Shown: piece after piece, positions 40,054 to 53,041 of the stretch | Layout: each line of letters opens with the position of its first letter | Position numbering within the stretch: the first letter of the stretch is position 1 | From: Spironucleus salmonicida | Lineage: Eukaryota | Assembly: GCF_000497125.1 (NCBI RefSeq) | Contig: NC_090602.1 | Coordinates: 186,001 to 250,000 of the forward strand | Direction: 5' to 3' | Length of the DNA stretch: 64,000 nt | Notes under the pieces: generated by a model | Seen by the model: the letters and a program-made list of their open reading frames with translations, nothing else | Told to the model about the DNA's origin: nothing | Databases searched by the model: none | Position numbers and translations under genes: made by a program

Positions 40054-40633
40054 TACGAAGTGGTGATTTAGACCTAATGAATTTATTATATATTTATACT
40101 AAGTAATTGAATATTACAATATTTCTATAATTATATATATTAATGATATAATTAGTAGAAACTTAAAATAGTTTATTAATGAATTAGTATAATAGCTATA
40201 AATTTAATGATAGAAATCTGAATTTGCGGATACATGTATAAATAATTATAATATTAAATAAGTTAGTAAGGATAATCATCAAAGAGTGCTAGATTTTCAT
40301 TATATGGATATATTGTTTTATTATACATTTATAAAATTTACTTCATAGATTTTTTTCTAAATACGTAAATATATAGATAATAATAATAAAATTATTATCA
40401 CTGTTTTTTATGTTCAGAGATTTTGATGCGTTACTTATTTATAACAAGATTAATTTGAACTTTCTGACTTAATTTTTAACCTTAAGTGGGCCTATCATTA
40501 TAAATACAGATGTGTTTAAAATGTCAATTAGTAAAATTATCTTTTATTACCAAATATATATTATACACTAGTTTAGATAATCTAAAATAAGTTATTATTA
40601 TCTATATTAATAAAGTTAAATATAAACCTGTAA

Positions 40634-40948
40634 ATGTAAAGTGATCTTCCTTATTTGTTAAAAAGTCTTACACCAACTACAAAATCATAAAAGCGATAGA
40701 TTATCCCACCAACTTATAATGTTGCTTGTTAAAGAAGGAATATATTCATAGCTCACAATGGACCATTAAAAATAAGAATCACGAGGTATGGTGATTATGA
40801 TTTAGTTCCATATATTTAACAAAAATTGTGCACACAACTAATATAACCTAAATAAAATAAGGTTATGGCTGCTTTAGCCAAAGTTCTTGATTAAGAATAA
40901 AACTAAAAAACATTAAATAGCCCATAGGGAGATATTATAAAATAGTGA
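40634..40948 (+). CDS. Hypothetical protein, 104 aa
   Basis: MQSDLPYLLKSLTP...GDIIKQ*; ends TAG-TGA; start uncertain. Confidence 0.55.
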
Positions 40949-40951
40949 GTA

Positions 40952-41893
40952 TCATTCGTTTAACTGTGTTAACTACTTTTCAATTTATCTGAGTTATTTT
41001 TCTTAATACACAGCTTAATTAACCAATATTGATACTTGTTGTTCCAAATCTTTCCTCATATCACAAATATTATTTTGATCAATATTGAGAGTGAGCCTTA
41101 ATGCTTTATATTATTTACTTAATAATTCCTGTATCTGAATTTACTCTTTGTCAAAAACTACTTAAATTTATATCTCTTAGAATTATTTAAGAATATTATC
41201 TGCGTAGTTGAAAATAGATCTAAGTTATTCCTCCAATTTTTATTTTTCTTAAATACATTATTATTTATAACCTTATAATCTCTAATCTAAGCACAACTAA
41301 TTGAATTAGTTTCCATTTCTTGATATTTAACTTAAATTTAAATTCTGACGTTCTAGCTTTCTATATTGAATCTCCAAATTAAAAATAATAGAGTCAATAG
41401 AAAGTTATTCATTGTTCTTCTCCTTTAGTTCTTTAATTAATTATGCTTTTTGGTTCATTACTTTTTTACATGCTGCTAAATGTTCTTCTTTAACATACTG
41501 TTCACTTTCATAACTTTATAATGATAAATCAGAACATTTATTTTACAATCTAACTTAATTTTTATAGAATGTCTTTACTGATTCGAATACTTCTACTTAT
41601 TAAATTTAATTCACTACTGTAAGTTATTCGATGTCATTTTTGCTGATTATTTATTTTTCAGCTACATATTTTGAAGTAAGTAATGTGTCTTATTGTAAAA
41701 TATCATTCTCCTTAATTAGTTTAATGTATTTTTATTTTTCTAATTCTAATTCATTAGCAGTTTCTTATAGTGCTATTTTAGCGGAAATAACTGTTGGTTT
41801 TAGATTATTATGTTTGATAAATTATAAATTAACAGCTTCTAGTTTTAGTAACTCCATTTCGTAGGCTAGATTACACTCATTAAGAATTTTCAT
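40952..41893 (-). CDS. Coiled-coil hypothetical protein, 313 aa
   Basis: MKILNECNLAYEMELLKLE...; E/Q/K-rich; start and stop in the same code-6 frame. Confidence 0.7.
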
Positions 41894-41999
41894 TAAATGA
41901 AATTGATTGAATCTTAATATGATTATAATAATTATACAATAATTCACTATTAATTTAAAATTATGTGTATAATATATCATATTTATATCAAAAGAAGTA

Positions 42000-43901
42000 A
42001 TGACACTCTATAAAATATTTAATTTTTTGAGTAAAAAGCCAAAGTTTGAGTAAATAAGGTACACCAATTAAATGTTAGAGAAAGGATAATTATAATCATT
42101 GAAATTAATAACGTTATTAAATATCGATATTAAATCATTAGATATTGATTTGCTTTTGTAAGTATTAAATAGAAACTATTAAACTATACTGAGTTAAAAT
42201 TTTATACTAGATAATAAGGTTTCTCCAATTACGCCTTAAATACTCAGTGTTTATATTTCTAATTTTTAAATTCCATAGAAGTTTGACTTCGAAATTTTAG
42301 TAAAATCTCTAAATTTTACATCTATAAATCATGTTATTGTACTTCATTAAATTTAAAACGAACTATAATTTCCTATTACTAGAACTACAGCTATTATACT
42401 TAGTAAATTAAAATTAATACCAGATTTAAAATTACTTAATGAAATATTTTATAATATTCAACATAATACGGATAAAATTGTTCAAGCTGCGCTATTATCA
42501 AAATTTATATAATATAATTAAAGTGATTTATTCAAACTTAATAGTTATCACTCATGTTATTAATTTTTAACTCTTGATGAAGCTGAGATTATACTCAAGT
42601 ATATTAATATTGGATAGTTATCAACATAAGATTAAACTGATCATATTAAATATTTTCTTAGTAAATTCGTGTGTACTTCTAGATTTGCATTCAAAAAAGT
42701 GTAATCAGTAATTAATAAATTTCCTTAAGATTTACTAAACACAATTATATTATCTTTAGATATTGTCGAGTCTTTATTATTTTTTGAACCAGTAGCAGAT
42801 TCTTAACTAGAATTACGATAATTTATTAAAAAAGCTATTATGTCAATATAAACGAAACCACTGTTATTTGTTCTAAATAAACTTATTAAACTAACATCAA
42901 AATCATTTTAAATATATAAAGGAGAAATATATAGGCAATAAATTATTAAGTAGCTAGATTTTAGTAATGAGAACGACTTGGTTATTATTTAATGCTTTGA
43001 TGATAATTTATTAAACCAATTATCTAATTAATTGGTATCTAATTTTACCAATCTTAATATTAATGACTAAATATTTCAGGAATATACTACAATTCTATAA
43101 AAAACATTATTCAGTAAATATTCTGAAGAGATTCAACCTAAAGTTACTGATATATTTGTATAGATGGCAAATGAGAACTATTAAAATTATAACTCAATAA
43201 TATCTTTCATTCAGTTATCGAAATCAGTTATATTGCATGCATAATTACAAGATATTACCTTGACACAAATTTTTAATACATTATTTAATATTTTTTCTGT
43301 TAAACATATGAAATATCATATATCGGATTTCATTCGTACTATTCTAAAATAAAACCAAGATAGTGCATAAACATTGGCAATATTGTCAATAAAATAATTT
43401 ACGAATCAATCTAGAGAAATTCGTATTACAGCATCATCTATATTCGCTTAATGTAGTTAGTTTATATAAAATACGGATTAATTATTATTTCTATCATATT
43501 TTTAAGATTCAAAATTAGTTAAAATTTCAGTTTTGAAGGTAATTCAGTTTTCTTTTCATACATCAAATTTCATCATAAATATTATTAAAACTGCATTATA
43601 AGAAGTAGACTAATCTATTAGAAAAGCTGCACTTTCTGCCTGCTTATATACACTTAAATATTGTGAATATATCGATTTAATAGATTTACTAGGTCTTATA
43701 TTTAATAATTTGGTTGATAAGAATTTTATTCTTCAAAATAAGTAAATTGTACAAGCTGTATAAAGTAGATTATCATTCAGTGAGATTTTAAGCGAATATA
43801 TCGAAAGTGGAAGATTCTTCTGTGTTTAACGATTTAGATAAACTGTTTGGGACTTAAATATCGATATTCAAATTGGTATGGACGGCGATATGTTATTATG
43901 A
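42000..43901 (+). CDS. HEAT/ARM-like helical repeat protein, 633 aa
   Basis: Long Leu/Ile-rich frame with HEAT-like segments (QSREIRITAS, EVDQSIRKAAL); TGA at 43899-43901. Confidence 0.65.
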
Positions 43902-44156
43902 TTGGATAAAAGAGTTAAAAAGAATTCCAAGTGATTTTTCGTGTTTAGTATTCTAAGTTTCTAATTCAGTTATTCGATCTTCCAAATACATGTTTCGATT
44001 TTTTATATTTTTTTATAATTTATAAATCGTTTTCATTTGTTACAAGATAAAATTGATAACTTTATAATCTATTTCATTGCACTTCATTTATTCTAAAATA
44101 GGTATAATTTTTAGTAGTTCATCTTATAAAATCAATATTTCTTCGTCTAACCGCAT
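43773..44156 (-). CDS. Small coiled-coil protein, 127 aa
   Basis: MRLDEEILILQDELLKII...LEDRITELETQNTKHEKSLGIL...; similar to the neighbour at 44209-44484. Confidence 0.65.
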
Positions 44157-44208
44157 TTATAAAATTATGTTGAATTTATATTATAATATTATACTAAATG
44201 TAATTTTA

Positions 44209-44484
44209 TCAATCGTTTTTTAGTGCTAACACTTAAAGTAAGCTACCTAATGCATCCTCAAAATCTTAATGTCGGTTTTCTAGGAAATCTACTCGTTATT
44301 CGAGTTACTGATTCTTATTAATAAGCTAATCAGTAGAATCTTAAATGTTACAGATTTAATTAGTGATATTCTATATTTGTTACATCTAACTATCATTTTT
44401 TGAATTTTAAACTAACTATTGAATTGTATCTAACATTTATGATACGTTTTCTTGCATAATAATAACCTCATTCTCAAATTCCAT
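44209..44484 (-). CDS. Small coiled-coil protein, 91 aa
   Basis: MEFENEVIIMQENV...LEQRVDFLENRHQDFEDALGSLLQVL. Confidence 0.65.
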
Positions 44485-44550
44485 TAATATCTAAAATTTG
44501 TTCTATTAAAATATTCTATACAAAATAAAAATAAATATTTCCACTTTAAA

Positions 44551-46170
44551 ATGAATAATAGCGATGATTAGGACCAATATAGTCATAATGATTGTGATAA
44601 CTATGATTAATATAGTGACGACTAGTCCAAACCTGTTAAATTGGAACTTAATAATGATCCACCTATTATAGACGTTACATACTTTTCATATAAGATTAAA
44701 GATACAACTTAAGAATATATTTAAATAATATCAACAGTAGATAGTACAATATGTAATTAGGAGGATATTAAGATATTTTTATCTTAATAAGAGCCATCTG
44801 CAAAAGTAATACCAATTTACACATAACATTTAGAATCATATATTTCTGAATATAAAAAATTTGAAAGATTTGTTAATGAAAGAACTCCAGGTAAATGTTT
44901 AAAAATAACAATTCCAAAAGATAATAATAGATTCAAAGTTATTGGATTTTGTTCTGAATTGGAAGAGAAGTACTCATTTTTTTCTTTTAAAAATATTGAC
45001 AAAATAACGTTAGAGTTATAATTTTAGAAAAATTTTTGTAAATAGATGTTTAAATAACGATATATACATTTTACAATATCTAAGGCATCTGCGCTTCGTT
45101 AATTACTTAGAGAGCTACCAGATTATTAATAATAAATCACTTATGAATCACTTATTATTTATAATTAAAAAAATGATTATGCAAGGGTTGTCGCACCTTC
45201 AATTTTACTAGCTAGTAGTCTTATAATTGGTGCAACTAAATTATAGATATAAGTTGGAGATTTTGAATTGTCCGATACAAAAAAGCTTAACCATGTTACA
45301 TAAATGAAAATAGTAATATAAGGTGACTTAGGGGGTTTAGAATTGTAGTTAAACTAGGTAAGAGATTATAAATTGCCTTTAAGAGTACCATATTATGGTA
45401 ATTAAGATGCATCTGTTCTTATTGCATAAAAGTAGTATTTTAAAGCTGCAGTCTCAATTCTATAATATGAGACTGGTTTTATCCATAAAGAAATTAAATA
45501 ATTTTTATAAACTATAATTGAACAAGCCAATAAACTTAATAATGAAACAAAGCCTTCAAAGTTGGCAAAAGCTTTATTGTCACTAAATCTTACAGATAAA
45601 AGTTATAAACAGGATAGGATAATTAGAGATCTAATTTTTTCTATTTATAACACTGAATCATCTAAATTTTTCACAGCACTATACGGACCAGCTTTGTCTC
45701 GGGGAAGTTAATTGGCATATAATCTCAAAAATGTTAGAAGAAATGATGTAGTTTTAATAGATGATAAGATATAGATAAGTTAGGTAGAAATGAATGCTTA
45801 AATGGAGGAAATGTTGATTCCATAAATAGGTGCATAGTATGATGAATTGATTAATGAATTTAAAGAGTCTGGAAATCGTTATATTCATAGTAATAAGGGT
45901 TACTTTATACGTGCAAATATATATCCAAAAGATATAAGTGGAAATTGTTTAATTACTAAAGCAAAGTGGAGGAAAGTCCTTCATGACTTCAGTAAGAATC
46001 TAACATGGAAGAGTAAAAGTAATAAACTTGTTGTTAAAATTATTTATGATAAAGAAATAGAGATGAGTGCTGAAGAATTTATATACAGTATTAGTGGATA
46101 TAATGCTTATGATTAAATTAATGAAAATAAGAAAATACGCGAAGAAAAGTTGAACGAGAAGATATCCTGA
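44551..46170 (+). CDS. Hypothetical protein, 539 aa, acidic N-terminus
   Basis: ATG follows tttccactttaaa; includes track ORF 45847..46116; TGA at 46168-46170. Confidence 0.75.
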
Positions 46171-46653
46171 TTGAATTATATTTTATTATATATTTACTAT
46201 ATCTTATAAAATGAAATTTGAAATGCATCTATCATTATTTATTTACAGCAAAGTTAGTTTATTTATTAAGTTTATAGAATTTTGTAATATAAGCTAAATT
46301 AAACCTTCTAATCATTATTTTACACTATTTAAAGATTAATATTAATAAAAACAGAATGCTAAAATTTTAATAGGATTTTAATATTTTATTCAACTATTAG
46401 CGTTAATATTACTGTCAAATAATAGAATATTCGAGCAAATCAGTTATTTTATTATGTTTAAAGGCATAATTTATTTTAGGAAACTTTATTTTTAAATAAA
46501 CTTCTAAGAATACTGGTTTTATTCACTTGTATCATTTATAATTAGTCAAATAAGTAGCACATTTTAATAATAATACGAGTTTGATAAAATGATTATTCAT
46601 TTTATTTTAAATTCTCTAATTTTGATCTTGTTAAAATGATTCTAATAATAAAA

Positions 46654-47391
46654 TCACTCAAATACCTCTCTAGTAATAGTATATTTTTATCCGTGCTTCC
46701 AATCAGATAGACCTATATCATTAGATAATTTCTCTATATGATCTTTAGTAAATTTTTCTACCTAGTCACTGATAATTGTGTGAAATTATTCATTTACATT
46801 TGAAGATAATCTTATATCAGAAAAAACTAATTAGATTTATTAATCTTCAGTTATTTATTTATTTAATATAAAAATATCATCCTCTAATATAAAGTTTTAA
46901 TTTATTTCTGCATGTGTATATATCAAGTGCTATATTTTTTCAAACTAGTATCCAAAATTATATATTTGTTTAATCTTAAATCGCTCAAAAAGAAGCCTTT
47001 TTCGTAAAATTTCATCGCCCCTTTACTATAAAATAGTAATTTTTATATTATCTTGTTTTTTGGCATTCTATTTTTCAAGTTTAATCAGTTCCTAAACATG
47101 AATTTTTAACTATTTTTGATAGTTTTTCGACTCTACAAATGAATATAAATTTTCTCGTAGTAATTTTTCGATATCGATATTATACTCTGCATATTATCTA
47201 ATCATTGGTGTAATATTGTTTAGCTAGTTTTATAATTGTTTAGTACTCATATCTTTTAAAATTTCTAGTTCCTAAATGAGTAATTCTACATTTTAGTTGA
47301 TTATTTAATGTCCTTTTAACATTTATTAATAATACCCAGCTGCTTTCTCAAAAGATATCTCGTATTTTGATAAATAATTTATCATGAGCAT
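46654..47391 (-). CDS. Helical hypothetical protein, 245 aa
   Basis: MLMINYLSKYEISFEKAAGYY...REVFE*; ends GAG-TGA. Confidence 0.7.
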
Positions 47392-47428
47392 TTTTCCTAT
47401 ACTAATTATTACATATATTAAATCTCTT

Positions 47429-48100
47429 TCACTTACTTTCACAAATCTACATGCAGAATTCTAATACATTTTCTGGTCTTTTATCACAAATTTGCATCAC
47501 TAAATCTTTAAAAAACGCTGGTAGCTCAAATTTTGTCAAAAACTCAACATAGTCCTCTGATTTAAACTGATTCTTATTGTCGAAGGAAACTACGTTAAAA
47601 TTTTTGTTTTAAAACTCAATTTCTGCTTCAATTTCTTCAATTTATGCCTTTAGTAGTCCCCAAACAATTGAGCCAAAAAACGGTTTAACTCCTGCACCAG
47701 TAAATGCAGAAACCTCGCAAAAAGGTGCTTTAGAACCCCTGACTGTGCTAATTTATTTATCTGTACATAAGCCTAAAATTGGTATATTTTGGGTAGTTTT
47801 GAACTATAACTGGCGAGTTAATTTACATATTTGATCGTCAATGATTTTTTATGGTTCACGTAAATCAACGCAAATAATTTAATAATTTTTAAGCATATTA
47901 GGAAGTGTTTCATAATGTTCAAAATTAACAGTTACTGTATAAGAATTGTTATTGTAGATTACAGGGTAAGTTATTTCCGTTTTTTCAGGGACATCTGAGC
48001 GTACATACTAAGAGTTACAATATCTATTTATAAGGGAACGTTTCCCAGCATTCTTAGCGCCTATAAGCTGGATTGTAAAAGAAAATTTTTCGGCGGACAT
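47429..48100 (-). CDS. Degenerate Ras-superfamily small GTPase with C-terminal RIIa/Dpy-30-like module, 223 aa
   Basis: G1-like IQLIGAKNAGKRSLINRY; G5 FCEVSAFTGAGV; tail FLTKFELPAFFKDLVMQICDKRPENVLEF; ends AAG-TGA. Confidence 0.75.
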
Positions 48101-48168
48101 ATTTATTTTGGAAAGAGTTAGATTATATTTACATATATAATAAGTATAATAAAATGAAATTAGAAAAG

Positions 48169-48864
48169 TCATAACCAGTCTAAAATCGAATCTTCAACAA
48201 GGTCTATAGTAAATGATGAGTGATCAGAATCTAATTAATATAGTTAGGTGCGTTTAAAGAAATTTTGTATATCAACAGAATCTTAAGTTGGGATTACCGT
48301 ATCTAAGCTACCAACTAAAATTTTAACAAAAATATCCTATTTACCTGATAGTAACTAATTCATGATCATTTTACTTCTCTCTTCAAAACTTTCGTTAGTA
48401 ACTCGTACAGTATATTTTCCAAAATTTTTCATGATAGAATTTCCAGTACTAATTTTTTCTAGCTCTTCGGGAGTAAATCTACTTGCTGGCTGATTTTACA
48501 TATTCCACCGCCCTGCCACGCAAATAACTTTATCGCTTATTTATGCAATTAAAAAGGCCAATGTAGCTCCTTTAGAATGGCCTATAAATATTCTTTTCTC
48601 TTCTTGAAATAGTTATAAAATTTCTTATATTTATTCTAATTATGCAAAATATAGTATTTAAATTTCACCACCAGATCTACCATGGCCAGTAAGATCAAAT
48701 CGTAATGTAGAATGTTATGTAAGGTTTGGAATTTCACGATAAAATATTGAATTCATTGTCCCTCCTAAACCATGAATCATAACAACAATAGTATTAGTAT
48801 AGGACTTCTTGTACCTAGCAAAAACTTCTCCTTATGTTGTATTTATTAGTAAATCTTCCTCCAT
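48169..48864 (-). CDS. Alpha/beta hydrolase, 231 aa
   Basis: VVMIHGLGG, RFDLTGHGRSGG, nucleophile GHSKG, acid GSLDTVIP, His in DSDH. Confidence 0.9.
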
Positions 48865-48915
48865 TTAATTAATTTATTACTTTTATATATAATATATATT
48901 TCATTCTCGCCCTAA

Positions 48916-49449
48916 ATGCGGTATAAAACAATGAATCAGTAAGCTTTCACAGTTCATTCTGAAAATATGAAGTATATTCGTAGTCTTCCTCTATATAAAG
49001 AATTAAACTTATCATCATTTGCTGTTAACAAGGCAGTTGAGAGTAGGCTTTTTGTAACTCCAAAACCAAACACAATACTAGAAAATACAATTTTTCACAT
49101 CTATCGGTCCTAGGTATCATCAGATACTAATGATAAAGAATCAAGAAAATTAATAATTAGACCTATAGTAGATATTTTCCCTTAAATAGACTAAGAACGT
49201 AAATAAGATAAATCAACTGAAGAGTAATAATTGAAGTCGTTTTGTAACTTATCTCCTCCATAAAAGTTTAAATCTTCTTATACAAAACTAATGGAGAAGA
49301 ATTAAATCGTGTTCTAGCCTTTTTAAGGATCTCCAAATTTCGTAGGTAGAAGACCAAATTCTCCAGTTAAATTCATAGGGCCAGGTGAAAAGCTTTTAAA
49401 TAAGTTAAGAAACAAAAGTATAGAATTAGGACTCGAAGATTTTGATTGA
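48916..49449 (+). CDS. Hypothetical protein, 177 aa (NMxxIRSLPLY motif)
   Basis: ATG follows tcattctcgccctaa; shares a motif with 52027-52668. Confidence 0.75.
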
Positions 49450-50042
49450 ATATACACACTTCACTTTTAGTTTATGCGTAAAAACTAGCAGTCTTTAGAA
49501 CTAAGAGCAAACTGTAGTAGAAATAAAATTGAATGCTCAACTAATGGCGATTAATTCCGTCCATAAAGTAAAATAATATTATCGTAATTTTTAAATATTG
49601 CGAAATAATGATATTCAGGCTATAAGTATCATAATTTTTTATGTTATCAAAATAAACTAATCTTAAAAAATGCGATATTTTATTTATCTTATAAAATAAA
49701 ATTTTATATTTAGAGTTGTCTTGTAGATTTATATTATCTTTTAAGAATTTACAGATAACTTAGAATTGCATCATTGCCACATGAAATTTATGTTTTACTT
49801 GATTAATAAATAAGAATCTTGTTTTAAATTTTAATAAAAACCTAATTTGATCGTATCACATATTCCAATAAGGATATTTGGACTCTATTCGTTCGAATAA
49901 ACATCATATATATCTACACAGCAAATGTAAACCTTAAAATATTCAGCTAGCAAATTAGCATGATTTTCCATGTCTTGACACTAGGTTCCTCAATAAATTG
50001 TATAAATCATATTTTATATAGGATATAATTATTTATTTTAAA

Positions 50043-51593
50043 ATGTATAGTAATGTTTAAATTTAATTTAAGTAAAAAATTGCTAAAGAAGTTGCTAAAA
50101 ATTTAGAATAAGCAATAATTAGTACACCCTTTTAGCATATAGCTCAAATTAAATATGATAAACTTGGTAATTTTCCATATATTAAAATTTCTGATTACTC
50201 TCTTGAAGAAACTTCTGTTCCAATTCCATACTAACAATCACATTTTACAGATTTATTGCGTTCACTTCCAGAATTTATATCATCAATATATTTTGATAAT
50301 TATAGAAATGATATTTCAGTGGAGTTTTAAACTTAAAGTATATAAAAATTGTAAAAATTGTAAAAAATTTCTCCTGACTTCTTCGATAATTTATTCTAGT
50401 CTAAGCCTACAATTGCAGTTATAGGGGCATCATCCTAAAAATTTAATATAGGTAACAAGTTAATTGGGAAATTATAATAACAACGTGTGCCAGTTTTTGC
50501 AATTTCTGATAAGTAGATATTAGGTGTCGATACATACTCCCTAACATCAGCTCCTATTCCGGATATTGTTCTTATTACAACACCCGCAAAATCTGTTCAG
50601 AACCTTTTAAACCGATTCGAAAATATTCCTAAAATAGTATTTTCAGCTGGATTTGAGGATTTCGGTGGTGAAAAACTTACCGGATAAAATTTTATAGGTC
50701 CTAACTCAGTTGGCTTCATTTCTGCAATAGATATGACATTTTTTAATGAGATTTTTAATAAAACCAAAACATTTGGTGTTATTTCAGATTCTGGGGCAGT
50801 ATTGGGTAAGCTGGCTAAGAATGGAGGGTGTGGTGTATCTAGTGGTAATGGGAATTGTTTGGATGGTAGCGAATTTGTAGTTCCGCTTGGTAAACGATTT
50901 GACAAAATTGCGCTTTATTTAGAAAAAGATAATATTGAATTGTTGAAAGAAATAATTATACATTAAAATATCTAATTTTACGGTTTTTTTGGTGGAGTTT
51001 CAAATAATGGAAAAGCTCGAGCATTATAGCATTCAGGTCAATCAATTTCTGATGAGTATATAAAATTACTTTAAAGTTAACCGAATTTTCATTAGTTTTC
51101 ATCTCTTAATTCGCTAAACTTTGCTGTGTCAAGTCCTTAAATTCATAATTTAATTACTATTTCACAAAGTGGTTATGTAGCGACAAAATTAGCTGATTTG
51201 GTTTAAGTTGGAAGTTTTACCTAATAAGAAACTTAATATATTTAGTAATAATTTGATAAATTTAGGGTTCCAGCAAAAGTCAACCCCTTATTAGATTGCA
51301 CGCCTTAACTACCAGCTATTTAGCTTGCTTATATAACTGACTTTTTAAGTTAGAATAAGAAAAACTTTGTTGCCTTGAGTTTGTTGCCCAGTTTAATGGA
51401 TTAAGAACAAAAACTAGAATTATTGTAAAAACTTTCAGAAATAGTTTGTAAAAATATGATATCTATCAGTGTTGAAAATGATTTAGAATTTGGGGGCTAA
51501 TTACAAAAGATGGGATTTGAAATTTTTGACAATGCTGAAAATATGGGTGCTATCATAGGAGAGAAGTAAAAAGTAACAACCGCATAATACTGA
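50043..51593 (+). CDS. ADP-forming acetyl/acyl-CoA synthetase homolog (alpha-type domains), 516 aa
   Basis: CoA-binding IAVIGAS, FSAGF, FIGPNSVG, ISDSGA, SSGN, LYLE; phospho-His region ARALQHSG; VNPLLD. Confidence 0.85.
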
Positions 51594-52026
51594 CTTTTTT
51601 AATTCAAGATATGAATCTATTTTACTTTCAGAAATTAATTATTTATAAGATAATTTATAAGAGATCTCAATATATTAGTTTATCTGTCTAAAATATTTTA
51701 TTATATTTAGATTGATTATTCTCTTTTAATTAATATTTTAAAAATTAAAAATGGTCGGTACAATTAAAATCTCTAAGTTTGCCATATATTATTACTTATT
51801 ATGTTGATAAATCTCTATAACGGTATTAGTCTAGTTTGAACAAATGATATATGATCTTTTAGAATTTTCATATAAAATTTATTACAATAAATTTAATCTT
51901 CCGATATCAATCACGTATTCTATTTTACTATTTTTCTATTATCCTAGAGGACCGAAAAATCTTTATATTATTAATTAATATAATGATTTCAATAATATAT
52001 TATAATACTACTATTTATTTTCCAAA

Positions 52027-52668
52027 ATGGAATAGACAGTAAATAATAAATTTACTTAACATAAAGTACTACACTAGTAAAATTATATTGATCATTAGTC
52101 AAATATGGATGTAATTAGGTCTTTACCTTTGTACTCTAGATTAAATTTAAGATAGCCTCAAGATAATAAAATGTTAGAATCAATGCTATTAATTACCCCA
52201 TTAAAAAAGAATGATGTAACTGATAAAATGGTAGATATATATATGAGCACTATTAAAGATTCTAGTATGTCTCGATATGACACAAAGAAGTAAATATCGA
52301 AAAGTTTAGTTGATGTCTCTCCAAATATAAAAGAGAATGTAAAATAAGAAAAAATCAATGAATCAGATGCGGTTTAAGTATATAGTAGATTATATCCTAA
52401 AGAACTAACTGATGAGGAAAGAAAAATACACACACCGGAACTGTCATTTACAAAATCACTGAGATTATCACAAATTTAACCTTAATTTGCAGGAAGTCGA
52501 CCATTTTAAAGAAAAGCTAAGTATGTTGCCTTAAATTCTTTAGGTGAATAAAAGATCCAATTCTAAACTAACTCTGTCAATCACAGTTAGAAAAATATTA
52601 TTATTGACTAAACTATCTAACGGATGGATTCTATTAACGAAGAAATTAAACTCATTACTTACGAATGA
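52027..52668 (+). CDS. Hypothetical protein, 213 aa (NMxxIRSLPLY motif)
   Basis: ATG follows ttttccaaa; HQSNMDVIRSLPLYSRLNL; TGA at 52666-52668. Confidence 0.75.
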
Positions 52669-53041
52669 TAATATTATTCACATCTTATTGTTAGTATGAT
52701 ATTAATATATTGCTTCTTATTTAACTATTCTAATATCTTATAGTTAAACTTATCATAGTGATTATAAATACTATCAAGAGAATGTTTATTGTTAACAACA
52801 AATAATATATTATACTTTTGTTATATTTAATTTAACTATGATATATCATCAAGCACTATTTTAAGAATATTATAAAATTGTTCTACCTAATGATCTATTC
52901 CTGTAAGAGAAAAAGAGCTTGCATAATAAATAACCGTTTATAATTATAATATTAATGATTAAATATGGGAAAATTAACACAAAGTTAAATTAATATTTAA
53001 AATATATCATAAATAAGTATGTTATAAGTAAATTCTTTAAA

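Noticed and set aside
44551-46170. Tsr1/Bms1-like identity
   Set aside because: Only scattered weak resemblances; the conserved C-terminal motifs are not evident.
49461-50010. Broken minus-strand ORF fragments ending AAG-TGA at 49461
   Set aside because: Interrupted by in-frame TGAs; no coherent gene model.
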